From: Squalus acanthias
Lineage: Eukaryota
Reading direction: 5' to 3'
DNA length: 64,000 bases
NCBI GenBank assembly: GCA_030390025.1
Contig: CM059433.1
Span: forward strand, 19,718,001 to 19,782,000
The position numbers and the translations under genes are program-made. Below the pieces are notes generated by a model. The model was not told where the DNA came from. It did not search any database and was given only the letters and a program-made list of their open reading frames with translations. Below, in pieces: positions 63,682 to 64,000 of this stretch (the stretch's first letter is position 1; each line of letters begins with the position of its first letter).

Positions 63682-64000
63682 CGTGGTCAGGAACCCACTG
63701 TCATCTCGCTCCCACGTGCCTTTCCCTCAGGCGCATCTGTTATCACAGAGCCGACCCGACCGGCAGTGGCGGGCGACCCAATTGATATCATTACCAGGTA
63801 GTTTACAGGCATCTAAGAGGCTTTTCCCACTTACTTTTTAAATTTCCCTGCATGGCCACGGGATTCACGGAGCTTGGGAACCATGTCTGTCAATCTGATG
63901 CGGAGGTTCCATGTCCATTGCTCCAGCTGATTACTTGACAGCATCAAATGTACGGTAAAAGCTCCCACCTGACAGATGTTCACTTTCCTCAGGCAGAAGC

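Noticed and set aside
62200..64000. GC-richer patches (~62200-62800, 63682-64000; also ~52110-52420 and ~48150-48420)
   Set aside because: Likely decayed non-autonomous DNA transposons, but ends could not be fixed.

Overview
Repeat-dense vertebrate genomic DNA, most likely from a cartilaginous fish (shark). This is inferred from the repeat complement: several CR1 LINE subfamilies, DeuSINE/SacSINE1-like and HE1-like SINEs, L2, and Penelope-like elements. No host protein-coding gene could be recognised; all long ORFs are transposon-derived. Main contents: (1) a full-length but mutated two-gene PIF/Harbinger DNA transposon (8501-12663), with a DDE transposase on + and a three-exon Myb/SANT gene on -, plus many related or similar MITEs with 3-bp target-site duplications (TSDs); (2) many 5'-truncated CR1 copies, two with long intact RT ORFs; (3) L2 copies and L2-tailed DeuSINEs; (4) Penelope-derived 3' units carrying minimal hammerhead-ribozyme motifs; (5) two solo LTRs; (6) two multi-layer nested insertion stacks that can be unpicked from TSDs and reading frames; (7) unique AT-rich, homeodomain-motif-rich blocks that look like conserved non-coding elements. 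Family names come from recognition by eye, not database searches, and boundaries of degenerate repeats are approximate.
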